From an uncultured Gammaproteobacteria bacterium (GTDB lineage: Bacteria > Patescibacteriota > Microgenomatia > CAYQLK01), in NCBI GenBank assembly GCA_964404855.1, contig CAYOLO010000001.1, forward strand, positions 530,736-594,735: DNA of 64,000 nt, in the 5' to 3' direction. The notes beneath the pieces were generated by a model that had not been told where the DNA came from, made no database searches, and saw nothing but the letters and a program-made list of their open reading frames with translations. The position numbers and the translations under genes were made by a program. Of the stretch, positions 10,564 to 19,699 are shown one piece after another; positions within the stretch are counted from its first letter, which is position 1; every line of letters begins with the position of its first letter.

Positions 10564-10664
10564 TGATAAAGGAGATAGATTTACCCTTTATTTAGATAAT
10601 GATAAAGATTTTTCAAAAAAAAGAATAACTTAGAATTACGCGGTCTTTGCAGATACGGGATTTA

Positions 10665-11246
10665 TCAATTGGTTACGACTGGTCCGATGATATTTCCAAT
10701 AGTACCCTCAACTATATGTTTTTCTGGTTGATTGTCGTCGATAGATTCTAGAGTAACAATAATTCTATCGAAGTCAGGGTGAATATTATCAGTATTATAT
10801 GAAGCATTGTATTGTCCGACAGAATCTGGTTCCATCTTACCTATCGAAAAATACTCTCCAGTTTTTGGGTTACTAACCCAAGCCTGATAAAAGCTGTTAT
10901 TTTTGGGTTTGTCGAGCTTTATTTTGGCATAGACGTTGTATACGCCGAAGTTGCGATATATTCCACCTTCCCCTCTTAATTCTCCACCGTTAACATCCGC
11001 CAGAATTGCGATTTGTCCATCGATAATGTCTTTTTCTTTAACGCTCGCGCTTTTGCTGGCTGCGACATCAATAATATTTGTGAGATTGGAAATATATACG
11101 TCTTTAGGGTCAACAGATGGTGTTGGAGTCGGGGTGGGTTTACCACCAAGTTCACTTGCGATATCAGATGCTTTTTTGCATCCAGAAAGTAATATTGAAA
11201 GCACTATTACTAGGCTTAATGTGAACAGATACGGTTTGACCGTCAT
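10665..11246 (-). CDS. Lipoprotein of unknown function; C-terminal domain resembles the RskA C-terminal region
   Basis: Lipobox LSGC, PTPTPTP linker, FYQAW...SIG...IIVTLE..DD..P. Confidence 0.55.
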   Translation of the reverse strand: MTVKPYLFTLSLVIVLSILLSGCKKASDIASELGGKPTPTPTPSVDPKDVYISNLTNIIDVAASKSASVKEKDIIDGQIAILADVNGGELRGEGGIYRNFGVYNVYAKIKLDKPKNNSFYQAWVSNPKTGEYFSIGKMEPDSVGQYNASYNTDNIHPDFDRIIVTLESIDDNQPEKHIVEGTIGNIIGPVVTN

Positions 11247-11364
11247 ATAGTTTAACTTTAAGAGAAAAGTTCTTGATTGTCAATTGGGTGAGCTTTTAGG
11301 TAATGCTACTATAGGTTATAATGTTTTTAGCACTTTAACTTGGTCCAGAAAAGGAGGTGTGGAA

Positions 11365-12369
11365 TTGGCCATTAAGACCGTTCCAATGCTTACCTTCCTG
11401 AGGTTTTTGGTTACACAAAAAATATTTGTGGTCATAAGTGACCTTGAGTATGTGTTACCAAAAAAACACAGAAAGGGTGAAGTTTCTATCACGCCCGAAG
11501 TCAGAAGCGGAATTGCTGATCGGCTAGTTGCCAACAGTATTCTGCTTAATTTCGGAATTCTGCTTAAAGACGAGAGTGTGCTTGTAGTCACTGATAATTC
11601 AAAACGTCGGTGGCGTAACCTGCATCAAATCAGAAACGGTAGGATTACCGAGCAATCAATGCGCATGAGGCTCTCTGCGCTCCAGTATTTGAGATTTACG
11701 GAGATGGGGGTAAAACTGCTCGAGGAGTACAGTCCGACAACGGTTTTGTACACACTTGATTACTCTTGTTTTCGCTGGCTGACTGATCCGACACTGGTTG
11801 GTAGAATGTATTTTCCGCACGATACCTACTTACAAGCCAAAGCAACGATTGTTGAGCTCGAGGAAAAGCTTCCTTGGGTTGATAAGGAGATGCGCAGGCT
11901 TTCTAAGCAAATCGCATGGCATTACATTGACCGCCCAACATGGCCAAGGGTTTTTCGGAACCCGCAGTTCGAGTACGAATATGGACCTACTGAGCCCAGC
12001 GATTTTGTCGGCTGGCAGTGGGTTCTTGAAACCGGAAAAGAGCCGACGAGCTACTTGTCGATGCCAGATGGACCACTTAGCTACCCAAGCTATGTGAGTT
12101 TGGCAGAAAGTAGGTACCAAATTCTTTATCACCTTCGTCCAGCACTTATGGCAATCGTTCGAGAATTCGAACTGGCAGCTTGGGAGCACAAAGGAAGGTT
12201 TGCTGATAAAGGGTGGAGCAATACTCGTACCAAGAGAACTCTCTGGCAGGTTAGAGAGTTACCTGATGGTAGAGTTCTGAAGCGCCGAGCATTGGTCAAA
12301 TCAGTAAGAGTTAGGGCAGCTTCGAGCCATAATTGGAGATCGAATAGCGGTTCAGTTTCTGCAATTTAA
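11365..12369 (+). CDS. Hypothetical protein (orphan, GC-richer DNA)
   Basis: Long ORF. SD AAGGAGG at 11351-11357 favours TTG 11365 as the start. Followed by its own terminator. No family motif recognised. Confidence 0.55.
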   Translation: MAIKTVPMLTFLRFLVTQKIFVVISDLEYVLPKKHRKGEVSITPEVRSGIADRLVANSILLNFGILLKDESVLVVTDNSKRRWRNLHQIRNGRITEQSMRMRLSALQYLRFTEMGVKLLEEYSPTTVLYTLDYSCFRWLTDPTLVGRMYFPHDTYLQAKATIVELEEKLPWVDKEMRRLSKQIAWHYIDRPTWPRVFRNPQFEYEYGPTEPSDFVGWQWVLETGKEPTSYLSMPDGPLSYPSYVSLAESRYQILYHLRPALMAIVREFELAAWEHKGRFADKGWSNTRTKRTLWQVRELPDGRVLKRRALVKSVRVRAASSHNWRSNSGSVSAI

Positions 12370-12400
12370 GGCTCAGTTTGGCCGAAAGGAAGTGGGTAAT

Positions 12401-12437
12401 GCCGGAGTCGTCTAAACAGCGTCTCCGGTTTTTTTTT
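12401..12437 (+). terminator. Intrinsic terminator
   Basis: GCCGGAG...CTCCGGT stem followed by a T-run. Confidence 0.7.
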
Positions 12438-12457
12438 GTATAAAATTACAATTTTGA

Positions 12458-13630
12458 CTAAGTTTCTAGCGTTGGAGTGCTACTCTCTATTTTTGATTGA
12501 AAATATTCCCGTACTGCTTTGGTTCCAAAGGTTTCAATTACGGTCTTAAGTCTGTCTCTACTATCTGGGTCGCTAAATGCTCGGTCGATGACTTCTTTTT
12601 GTACGGCACTTATTTCCCCATTATTAGTTTCAGTACTTTTTTCAGACTCAGAGGTGGGCCCTTGAGGCGTTGAATTAGTTTCGGCGTTGCCACTCTTGCG
12701 GTTTGTAATACTAGTAAGTTTTTCGATTACGGAATTGCCGAGTGTCGCAAGTAGTTCACTATTACTGCCAGTACTTATACCTGCTCTTGCTTGAGTCGCT
12801 AGTTCCCTAGCTAAAGTTGAATAAATAGCAGAAATTGATTCTGGTGGGAGTGGTTGACCGTCATTAACGACTTGAATAATTTGTCTTTCTTTCTCCACCG
12901 CTTCTCTTTCAGCTTGTGTAATTATCGCCAAAATTGCTTTCTTTTGCGCTTCATTTGCTTTTTGCTTATTTGCAAGTTCTTCAGCTTTTGCTATTTGGTT
13001 TTTTACTAAAGTTTCTGCCTCGCCTATAAGTCTTGATCTTTCTGTTCGATCCTCTGAATCTCGAAGTCTAGAAAGAGTTTGTTGAAGCTCATCTTTAAAA
13101 GATGGAATTGGAATATGATTACCATCGCCATCAACTAAAGATTTGTAAAATGGATTTTGGGTTAGTGATGCTGTTAGGGTATCTACAGATCTTTTAATTG
13201 GAGCAAATCCTGCCTCGTTTGGATTACTAGATCTTAATCTATCTTGGATTTTTGAAACAGCAATTCTAATTTGGTCACCAAGGGTTTTATCGGCTTCACT
13301 CGCCGCTCGAAAAGTAGTTTCAAGTTTTTCAAACATGCTTACCAACTCTTCGATATCGCTATCATCTAACTCTGGCGACACATCTGTTTCTGGTTGGGGT
13401 GGTGTGTCATTTTTTACTGCTTCGAAAGTTGGGTTTTGAGGTTCAGTATGTTCAACTTGAACAGGTAAAACATCTGGGGTAGTCAAATCAAGGTGTTCTG
13501 GAAGTGGTTCTGGTTCGTGTGGAGTTTGTAATTCTACTGGAGTTTGACCGTAAACGGTTTGGTGAAGCGGATTCCCCTCACCTGATCTGTAAATTGGTGG
13601 TTGATGTTCGTCGGGCAAGATCTCAGACAT
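12458..13630 (-). CDS. Hypothetical protein, acidic Pro-rich N-terminus plus helical/coiled-coil region
   Basis: 390-aa ORF with no recognised motif. Confidence 0.6.
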   Translation of the reverse strand: MSEILPDEHQPPIYRSGEGNPLHQTVYGQTPVELQTPHEPEPLPEHLDLTTPDVLPVQVEHTEPQNPTFEAVKNDTPPQPETDVSPELDDSDIEELVSMFEKLETTFRAASEADKTLGDQIRIAVSKIQDRLRSSNPNEAGFAPIKRSVDTLTASLTQNPFYKSLVDGDGNHIPIPSFKDELQQTLSRLRDSEDRTERSRLIGEAETLVKNQIAKAEELANKQKANEAQKKAILAIITQAEREAVEKERQIIQVVNDGQPLPPESISAIYSTLARELATQARAGISTGSNSELLATLGNSVIEKLTSITNRKSGNAETNSTPQGPTSESEKSTETNNGEISAVQKEVIDRAFSDPDSRDRLKTVIETFGTKAVREYFQSKIESSTPTLET

Positions 13631-13737
13631 AGTTGTAACCTATTATGCCAAAAAAACCATACTTAAAAAAGAGAGAACGTGATTATTTTGCGTTTTTTCA
13701 TAATTAAAGCAAGTTAATTATTCGTTTTGTGTAATTC

Positions 13738-15006
13738 TTATTTAAGGACGATGCTTGCCAAGCCAAGAAAGACAAAAAAACCAATTACATCTGTGGCGGT
13801 GGTTATAAAAATTGTTGCTGAACTAGCTGGGTCTTTGCCGAGTGTTTTCATAATTAGAGGAACTAGAGCACCAAAAAAGCCTGCAACAACAAGGTTAACG
13901 ACCATTGCTGTTCCGATAACAAATCCAAGTGATGGGCTTTGATTAAAGATAATTGCGACTGCAGCGACAATTAGACCATTAATTAAACCGTTAGTTGCAC
14001 CTGCTTTCATCTCGTTTAAGATTAGTCTATGGCCGCTTTTAAGGTCGACCTCTTTTAGTACTAGCCCACGAATAGTTACAGCCATGGTTTGTGTGCCTGC
14101 ATTCCCCCCCATTCCAGCTACAATAGGCATATAAACTGCAAGGAGTGTAAATTTTGAAATTGTATTCTCGAATAAACCAACAACCGAAGCGGCCAAAAAT
14201 GCGGTACCGAGGTTAATAATTAACCATTTGTAGCGATATTTTACTTTGGTAAATGCGGAATCTAAGGCGTCTTCTTCACTGTCAACACCTGCAAACCCAT
14301 AAAGATCTTTCATTGAGTGTTTATCGACAAGGCGCAGAATGTCGTCAGAGTGAATTATTCCTAAAATACTATCGTCTTTGTCTAAAACAACGACTTTGTC
14401 GTGTGGGTGTTTAATAAAGGAATTGACGACTTTATGTTCATCAGTATCATAAGCGAGTGCGGGTAGTTTTTTGATAAGTGAAGATATTTTTTCGAGTTTG
14501 CCGGTGGGGTGAGTGATTAGAACGTGACCAGGAAGTTCCCCTAATAACTTACCATCAGCCACGATTAAAATTGTTGGGAATTTACTATTTCTTTTTTCAT
14601 GATTAATAACTGATTCTATAATTTTGTGAATACTTTCATCGGGGCCAGCAACCACATAGTCTAGGTTCATAAGCCCCGCTGCAGCCTTTGGATTAAATCT
14701 TAAAAGAAATTCTACTTTTTCTTTAATACTTGAACTAAGTTTTTCAAGGATATTTTCTGCTCTTCTTTCGTCAATAAGTTGGAGAATGTCGGTGACTTTA
14801 TCAGGATCAGGGTAGTTAAGTAGTGTAATTAATTCGTCGTCGGTTAATTTGGATAAAATTTCCTTTTGTATTTTGGTTGGTAGTTTAAGGAGAGCTATAC
14901 CTTGGTTTTTTGGATCAATTTCTAAAAAAACCGTTAATCTTTCTTGTGGGGAGGTTTCTATTTTTTTGACTGCTTTGTCGACCGATGCGCCGAAGGTGTT
15001 TGGCAT
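13738..15006 (-). CDS. mgtE: Magnesium transporter MgtE
   Basis: AAGLMN and CBS region, then R..WL, PIVAGMGGNAGTQ, DPASS...ITTATDV. Confidence 0.92.
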   Translation of the reverse strand: MPNTFGASVDKAVKKIETSPQERLTVFLEIDPKNQGIALLKLPTKIQKEILSKLTDDELITLLNYPDPDKVTDILQLIDERRAENILEKLSSSIKEKVEFLLRFNPKAAAGLMNLDYVVAGPDESIHKIIESVINHEKRNSKFPTILIVADGKLLGELPGHVLITHPTGKLEKISSLIKKLPALAYDTDEHKVVNSFIKHPHDKVVVLDKDDSILGIIHSDDILRLVDKHSMKDLYGFAGVDSEEDALDSAFTKVKYRYKWLIINLGTAFLAASVVGLFENTISKFTLLAVYMPIVAGMGGNAGTQTMAVTIRGLVLKEVDLKSGHRLILNEMKAGATNGLINGLIVAAVAIIFNQSPSLGFVIGTAMVVNLVVAGFFGALVPLIMKTLGKDPASSATIFITTATDVIGFFVFLGLASIVLK

Positions 15007-15146
15007 ATGACAGTGATTTTATGGTTATTTACAATTATTACCAAATTTTCACTTTGTTTGCTTACTTTACGTGTTAAAAATAACTACAGGTTACGAATTT
15101 CTATTAATTTGTACCCAAGAATATTTACTATAGTCTTATAGTTAGT

Positions 15147-15175
15147 TTGCGATTTAAACGAAGACATGTTATACT
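15147..15175 (+). promoter_or_regulatory. Sigma70-type promoter of the DEAD-box helicase gene
   Basis: TTGCGA-17 nt-TATACT with an extended -10 TG. Confidence 0.55.
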
Positions 15176-15365
15176 AGTTCAATATTGAGGCAGATTGAAG
15201 CAATAAATCTGCTTATATTTTTAGACATATTCTTTTGTCAGTTTGGATAAAGATACTCTGTTCCATTTAAGTTTAATTAGTATCTTTAAATCTTTGATAA
15301 TGATTGTTGTTTTCCTATGTAAGCGGTTTTATTGCCTTGATTTTTCCCTCACAAGAAAAAAATAA

Positions 15366-16607
15366 ATGAATCGAAATAGTTACAGTTCAAGACCGTCTTT
15401 TGGCGGCCGAGATAAACCTCGGGGTGGCTCTCGCGGGAATTTCCATCAATCACGTTCTGGTGGTGGTTTTAGTTCTGGTGGTCAAAACCATTTCAGAAAT
15501 AAAATCAAATATATGGACCCAAGGCTAATTATTAAAAAAGAGGCCGAATTTGTTAAATCTGACCCATATATTGCAACCAATACGTTTGCTGACTTTAATA
15601 TTGCTGAAAAAATTAAACAGAATATTATTTCCAAAGGTTATACCTCCCCTACTCCCATTCAAGATCAGGCTATAAAACCAGCTTTAGAAGGCAAAGATGT
15701 AGTTGGAATAGCTAATACCGGTACAGGAAAAACAGCTGCATTTTTAATTCCTTTAATTAATAAAGTCTATATTGATCGTAACCAAAAAGTATTAATTGTT
15801 GCTCCAACTCGAGAACTAGCTGTTCAAATCAGAAGTGAGTTTGCGGATTTTACAGAAAATGCTGGTTTAGTTTCAGTCCTTTGTATAGGTGGAGTAAATA
15901 TTCGCCCTCAGTCTCAAGCGCTCAAAAATCCATATCATTTTGTAATTGGTACACCAGGAAGAATCAAAGATCTTAAAAATCAAAATAAATTAAATATTGC
16001 TGGATTTTCAACAATTGTTTTGGATGAAGTAGACAGAATGCTTGATATGGGTTTTATTAATGATATTAAGTTTATTATTTCGCATCTTCCAAAATTCCGA
16101 CAGTCGTTATTTTTCTCAGCGACAATGACTCCAGGTGTAACAGAGGTAATGAAATCACTTTCTGATAACCCTGTGACGATTTCTGTTAAGAAACAAGAGA
16201 CTTCCTTAAACGTTGATCAAGATGTGATTAATGTAAGGGGTGCAAATAAGCTTGATATTTTACATGACCTACTTATTCAGGATGGTTTTGGCAAAGTTTT
16301 GATTTTTGGCCGAACCAAATGGGGGGTGGAAAAATTATCGCGTGCTTTGGAACAAAGAGGATTTAAGGTTGCTGCTCTACACGGAAATAAAAACCAAAAT
16401 CAAAGACAGAGAGCTTTGGACTCGTTTAGAAATGACAAAATTAATATTCTTCTTGCGACAGATGTTGCAGCTCGTGGGCTTGATATTGATAACATAACTC
16501 ACGTAATTAATTACGAACTACCCGAAAGTTATGATGACTATGTTCATCGTATTGGACGAACTGGTAGAGCTGAGAAAAAAGGGTCTGCTATTACATTTGT
16601 AGATTAA
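15366..16607 (+). CDS. DEAD-box RNA helicase (RhlE/CshA-like, DEVD variant)
   Basis: Q motif PTPIQ, ANTGTGKT, PTRELA, TPGR, DEVD, SAT, ARGLD, HRIGRTGR. Confidence 0.93.
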   Translation: MNRNSYSSRPSFGGRDKPRGGSRGNFHQSRSGGGFSSGGQNHFRNKIKYMDPRLIIKKEAEFVKSDPYIATNTFADFNIAEKIKQNIISKGYTSPTPIQDQAIKPALEGKDVVGIANTGTGKTAAFLIPLINKVYIDRNQKVLIVAPTRELAVQIRSEFADFTENAGLVSVLCIGGVNIRPQSQALKNPYHFVIGTPGRIKDLKNQNKLNIAGFSTIVLDEVDRMLDMGFINDIKFIISHLPKFRQSLFFSATMTPGVTEVMKSLSDNPVTISVKKQETSLNVDQDVINVRGANKLDILHDLLIQDGFGKVLIFGRTKWGVEKLSRALEQRGFKVAALHGNKNQNQRQRALDSFRNDKINILLATDVAARGLDIDNITHVINYELPESYDDYVHRIGRTGRAEKKGSAITFVD

Positions 16608-16776
16608 TTATTGTGCTTAGGAAAAATTTAGATATAATTATTAGATAAATATATTTTAAAGTATTAAGTTAAGTTGTGTTGGTAATCGTAATTCCGAAAG
16701 AATCATCTCCAAAACATCTAGAATTAAATATGAAAGTTAATAGTAAAAATGTTTGTAAAGGGGGTGAAATCAATTA

Positions 16777-17064
16777 ATGGCAACTAAATTATTTGTTGGA
16801 GGACTAGCTTGGGGTACCACTGAAGAGTCTTTGAACTCAATGTTCGCTGAGGCTGGATCAGTTGTTTCCGCAGTAGTAATCAAAGACAAATTCACCAATC
16901 GTTCTAAAGGTTTCGGTTTTGTAGAGATGTCTTCGCAAGAAGAAGCTGACAAAGCAGTCGAAATGTTCAACGGAAAAGAACTCGATGGTCGTGCAATCAC
17001 GGTCAACGAAGCTCGTCCAATGGAACCTCGCGAAAACCGTGGTGGATCTGACAGAAGGTACTAA
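16777..17064 (+). CDS. RRM (RNP-1) RNA-binding protein
   Basis: RNP2 LFVGGL, RNP1 KGFGFVEM, ITVNEARP; SD GGGGGTGA upstream. Confidence 0.92.
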   Translation: MATKLFVGGLAWGTTEESLNSMFAEAGSVVSAVVIKDKFTNRSKGFGFVEMSSQEEADKAVEMFNGKELDGRAITVNEARPMEPRENRGGSDRRY

Positions 17065-17287
17065 TTAGTACCGACAATTAAAATTCCCCAGTTTAGCTAA
17101 AACTAAATATGGAAGTATTGCAAGTGCCGCTTGGTTGTGGAGATTTTTTTTGGCTACTGAAAAACGTAATTGCAGTGATTGAAGTAATATCCGATTTGTT
17201 TTAAAGACTGGTGGGGTGTCGATAATCAAAGTAGTTTTGGTAGAGCAATGAGAAATACCTTAAGGTTTCTGACTCAGTATTAAAGAA

Positions 17288-17761
17288 TTATTTTTTGGAT
17301 TTTGTGATTTGAGCAGATTTTTTCATGACTAACATACTGGCAATAATTACCGAAAAAGCAATAAGTGCCATAACTGGAATTGACATAAATCCAAAATAAT
17401 TAACATATTTTGATCCGCATGAAGCTGTAATATCACAAGTAATTGATGTTTCGGATACAATACCGTTCTGAAGTAAAACGTGATAGAAAGCAATTAGCCA
17501 GCCAATAATGCCAAGTGGAAGTACATATAGATATAGTTTTTTATCATTTCGAATTAGGCCAACAATTATGATTACCACGATTGGATAAATCAAAATTCTC
17601 TGATACCAACAAAGTTGGCATGGGATATAACCTCTTACCTCGCTGTAGTAAAGACTGCCTAACATTGAAATAATAGCTTGCATAAGAGCAATGTAAGCGA
17701 TGTTTTCGGTGATGTAAGATTTAATTTTTTTCAACCTTTTATTGTTTGTATTTATACTCAA
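17288..17761 (-). CDS. dsbB: Disulfide bond formation protein B (BdbC/DsbB family)
   Basis: GSLYYSE, PCQLCWYQR, second Cys pair, SIP motif, 4 TM helices. Confidence 0.88.
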   Translation of the reverse strand: MSINTNNKRLKKIKSYITENIAYIALMQAIISMLGSLYYSEVRGYIPCQLCWYQRILIYPIVVIIIVGLIRNDKKLYLYVLPLGIIGWLIAFYHVLLQNGIVSETSITCDITASCGSKYVNYFGFMSIPVMALIAFSVIIASMLVMKKSAQITKSKK

Positions 17762-17957
17762 TTAAATTGTATTAGGATTGTACACTAGGTTTGTTAAGAA
17801 CTGCTTAATGTTTTCGATTATATCAAATACTTACAGCTGATAAAAGGCCCTTTGTAAACTAAATGCGCACCAGAATATCTGTGTTTTTTTGCATTAATCT
17901 CACCTTATTTGTTTTAAAAGAGTTGCTCTGAAGAAAAAAAAGTTTTTGTGATATGGA

Positions 17958-17986
17958 TTGACAATAATTGAAGCTTATACTAGAAT
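17958..17986 (+). promoter_or_regulatory. Sigma70-type promoter of the T-box leader
   Basis: TTGACA (17958-17963), 17 nt spacer, TAGAAT (17981-17986). Confidence 0.8.
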
Positions 17987-17991
17987 GCCTC

Positions 17992-18226
17992 AAAACGTTG
18001 AGTTGGGAGAATGGGCCCAACGAAGCTGTTAGGGCTACGTTGATTGGTGAATTAAATAGTAGCCAATACGGAATTCAACCGTTAAACAGAGTGGCCAATG
18101 TCACTAAATGTGGAGTTGGTTAAAGAGGTTGCTAGCTGTAAGGCTGGCAACGAAAGCAAGGTGGCAACACGATATAGATCGTCCTTGCAGGATTTACACG
18201 CGTAAGTTCTGCAAGGACGATTTTTT
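17992..18226 (+). ncRNA. T-box riboswitch (Trp-specific, transcriptional, ultrashort Stem I)
   Basis: Antiterminator GCAAGG-[TGGCAAC bulge]-ACGAT/ATCGT-CCTTGC (18156-18188) overlaps terminator 18178-18226. Stem I GTTGGG/CCCAAC with loop AGAA-TGG-G. Stem II GGCTAC/GTAGCC. Stem IIA ACGG/CCGT followed by TA. Confidence 0.85.
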
Positions 18227-18272
18227 GTTCTTTAACATCACCAAACAACTAAAAAGAAGGTAGGAAAGAAAA

Positions 18273-19610
18273 GTGATAACGAAGATTAGTTTACTAGGTC
18301 ATTACACTGCCAAGCAGGCAGCACGCGAAAAACTTTATGACCAAGTTGGTTATAAGGTTCCGCTTCTTAGCTTGTCTGCAGATCAGCGGCTTGGGATTGG
18401 GCCAATCGATCGAATTGTCAAAAGCGGCAAAAGTCTAACTTATGAGCAGGCCTATGGCGGCATGCTCTTGGTTTTGGCTGCCACCAACCAAATGATCGAG
18501 GCCGAACTACGAAGGGTATGGTCCGAATTCCCATCGTCGGAGGCTCTCAAGTACAAGGCTGTTAGTTTTTTGCAACTAATGGCTACCAAAGAGGCGCTTC
18601 AGTGTATTACCGCTGAAGAAGTGGCTGGGTGCGTTGCTGCAACCCTGCTAGATGTTGTGCCGCTTGATCTGACTGACGAGCCAATCGTCGAAACCTGTGG
18701 AATGGGTGGGGATCAGGGATTCCTAATTGGTGGCCGGCCGTTTAAGACTATCAATGTCTCAACGCTGACCTCGTTTGTGCTAAGTGCGCTCGGGCATCTA
18801 GTCGTCAAACACGGGTCGTATGGAAACACCACAGCCGTGGGATCCACTGATGCCCTAGACCTTCTGGGTGCTCGGACAACACAACAGAGTTTGAAGGAGA
18901 TTGAAACTCTCTTTGCGGCCACAGGGTACTACTACGCAGACGCGCACAACTTCAAAACAGTTCATGATTTGTCGCATCTGCTGGGTCACGAGACGATCAA
19001 CCACATCATTGGTCCGATGACTTTGCCGCTTCGCTTGAACCAGCCGATCTACAAGATCATGGGTGTGAACGATAAGGTGAGTCCTCAGACTGTCGCCCTC
19101 AGCTACCAGATCTTGGTAGAGAAAGGATTAATAAATCTAGTCAACGGTGCAATCGTTGCCGGCTTGGCCGATGACGTTTCCGGTCAGAACTTGGAAGAAT
19201 TGGGTTTTGCAAACCAGGTAATTCTGGATGAGCTTAGCCCAGCCAGCTCGGTTGTTGCGTTCATTCGCGCCGGCCGTTTCGTGGATCAGAAAATCATTAC
19301 TCCAAGAGACTTTGGAATAAGTTTGTCTTGGGATGATATTCTGGTTGATTCCGAAATCGCCAGCGTAAAACAAGCCAACTTGACTGCGTTGGAATCCGGT
19401 TCTGCTGGACATCCATTGCAGAGTTACTTGGCCATGAATGCCGCACTCGGACTTTTTGTCATCAAAGATTTGGGGGGACTTGATGACGACTCAGAGTGGA
19501 CAGAAAGGCTGAAGGTTCGATATCAGGAGTGCTTAGCGGTACTTCAGTCCGGAGCAGTTAGGGGGTTGGTCAAGAGTTATTCTGGTATATCGCGCAGAAT
19601 TAGTTTTTAG
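18273..19610 (+). CDS. trpD: Anthranilate phosphoribosyltransferase-like protein (divergent TrpD)
   Basis: ETCGMGGD, TINVST, KHGS, GSTDAL, IIGP and LDELS match the TrpD PRPP/Mg motifs. Acceptor-site residues differ (see findings). Confidence 0.8.
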   Translation: MITKISLLGHYTAKQAAREKLYDQVGYKVPLLSLSADQRLGIGPIDRIVKSGKSLTYEQAYGGMLLVLAATNQMIEAELRRVWSEFPSSEALKYKAVSFLQLMATKEALQCITAEEVAGCVAATLLDVVPLDLTDEPIVETCGMGGDQGFLIGGRPFKTINVSTLTSFVLSALGHLVVKHGSYGNTTAVGSTDALDLLGARTTQQSLKEIETLFAATGYYYADAHNFKTVHDLSHLLGHETINHIIGPMTLPLRLNQPIYKIMGVNDKVSPQTVALSYQILVEKGLINLVNGAIVAGLADDVSGQNLEELGFANQVILDELSPASSVVAFIRAGRFVDQKIITPRDFGISLSWDDILVDSEIASVKQANLTALESGSAGHPLQSYLAMNAALGLFVIKDLGGLDDDSEWTERLKVRYQECLAVLQSGAVRGLVKSYSGISRRISF

Positions 19611-19619
19611 TGCGATATG

Positions 19620-19659
19620 GGGTCGTAGTTGAGTAAAATCAACTGCGGCCCTTTTTTTT
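19620..19659 (+). terminator. Intrinsic terminator after the TrpD-like gene
   Basis: GGGTCGTAGTTGA/TCAACTGCGGCCC stem plus T8. Confidence 0.85.
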
Positions 19660-19699
19660 GACCAATACAAAATTAGACTGTTGTTTATTCCTTAAAAGT

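Noticed and set aside
17065-17287. Possible ncRNA after the RRM gene
   Set aside because: Only a loose terminator-like pairing with a T-run; no convincing motif.
18011-18013. ATG (Met) as the T-box specifier
   Set aside because: The bulge TGGC requires a G discriminator, matching tRNA-Trp rather than tRNA-Met (A73), and the regulated gene is TrpD-like.
18145-18151. Second TGGCAAC suggesting a tandem T-box
   Set aside because: It is paired within the hairpin GTTGCTAGC/GCTGGCAAC and has no flanking antiterminator helices.
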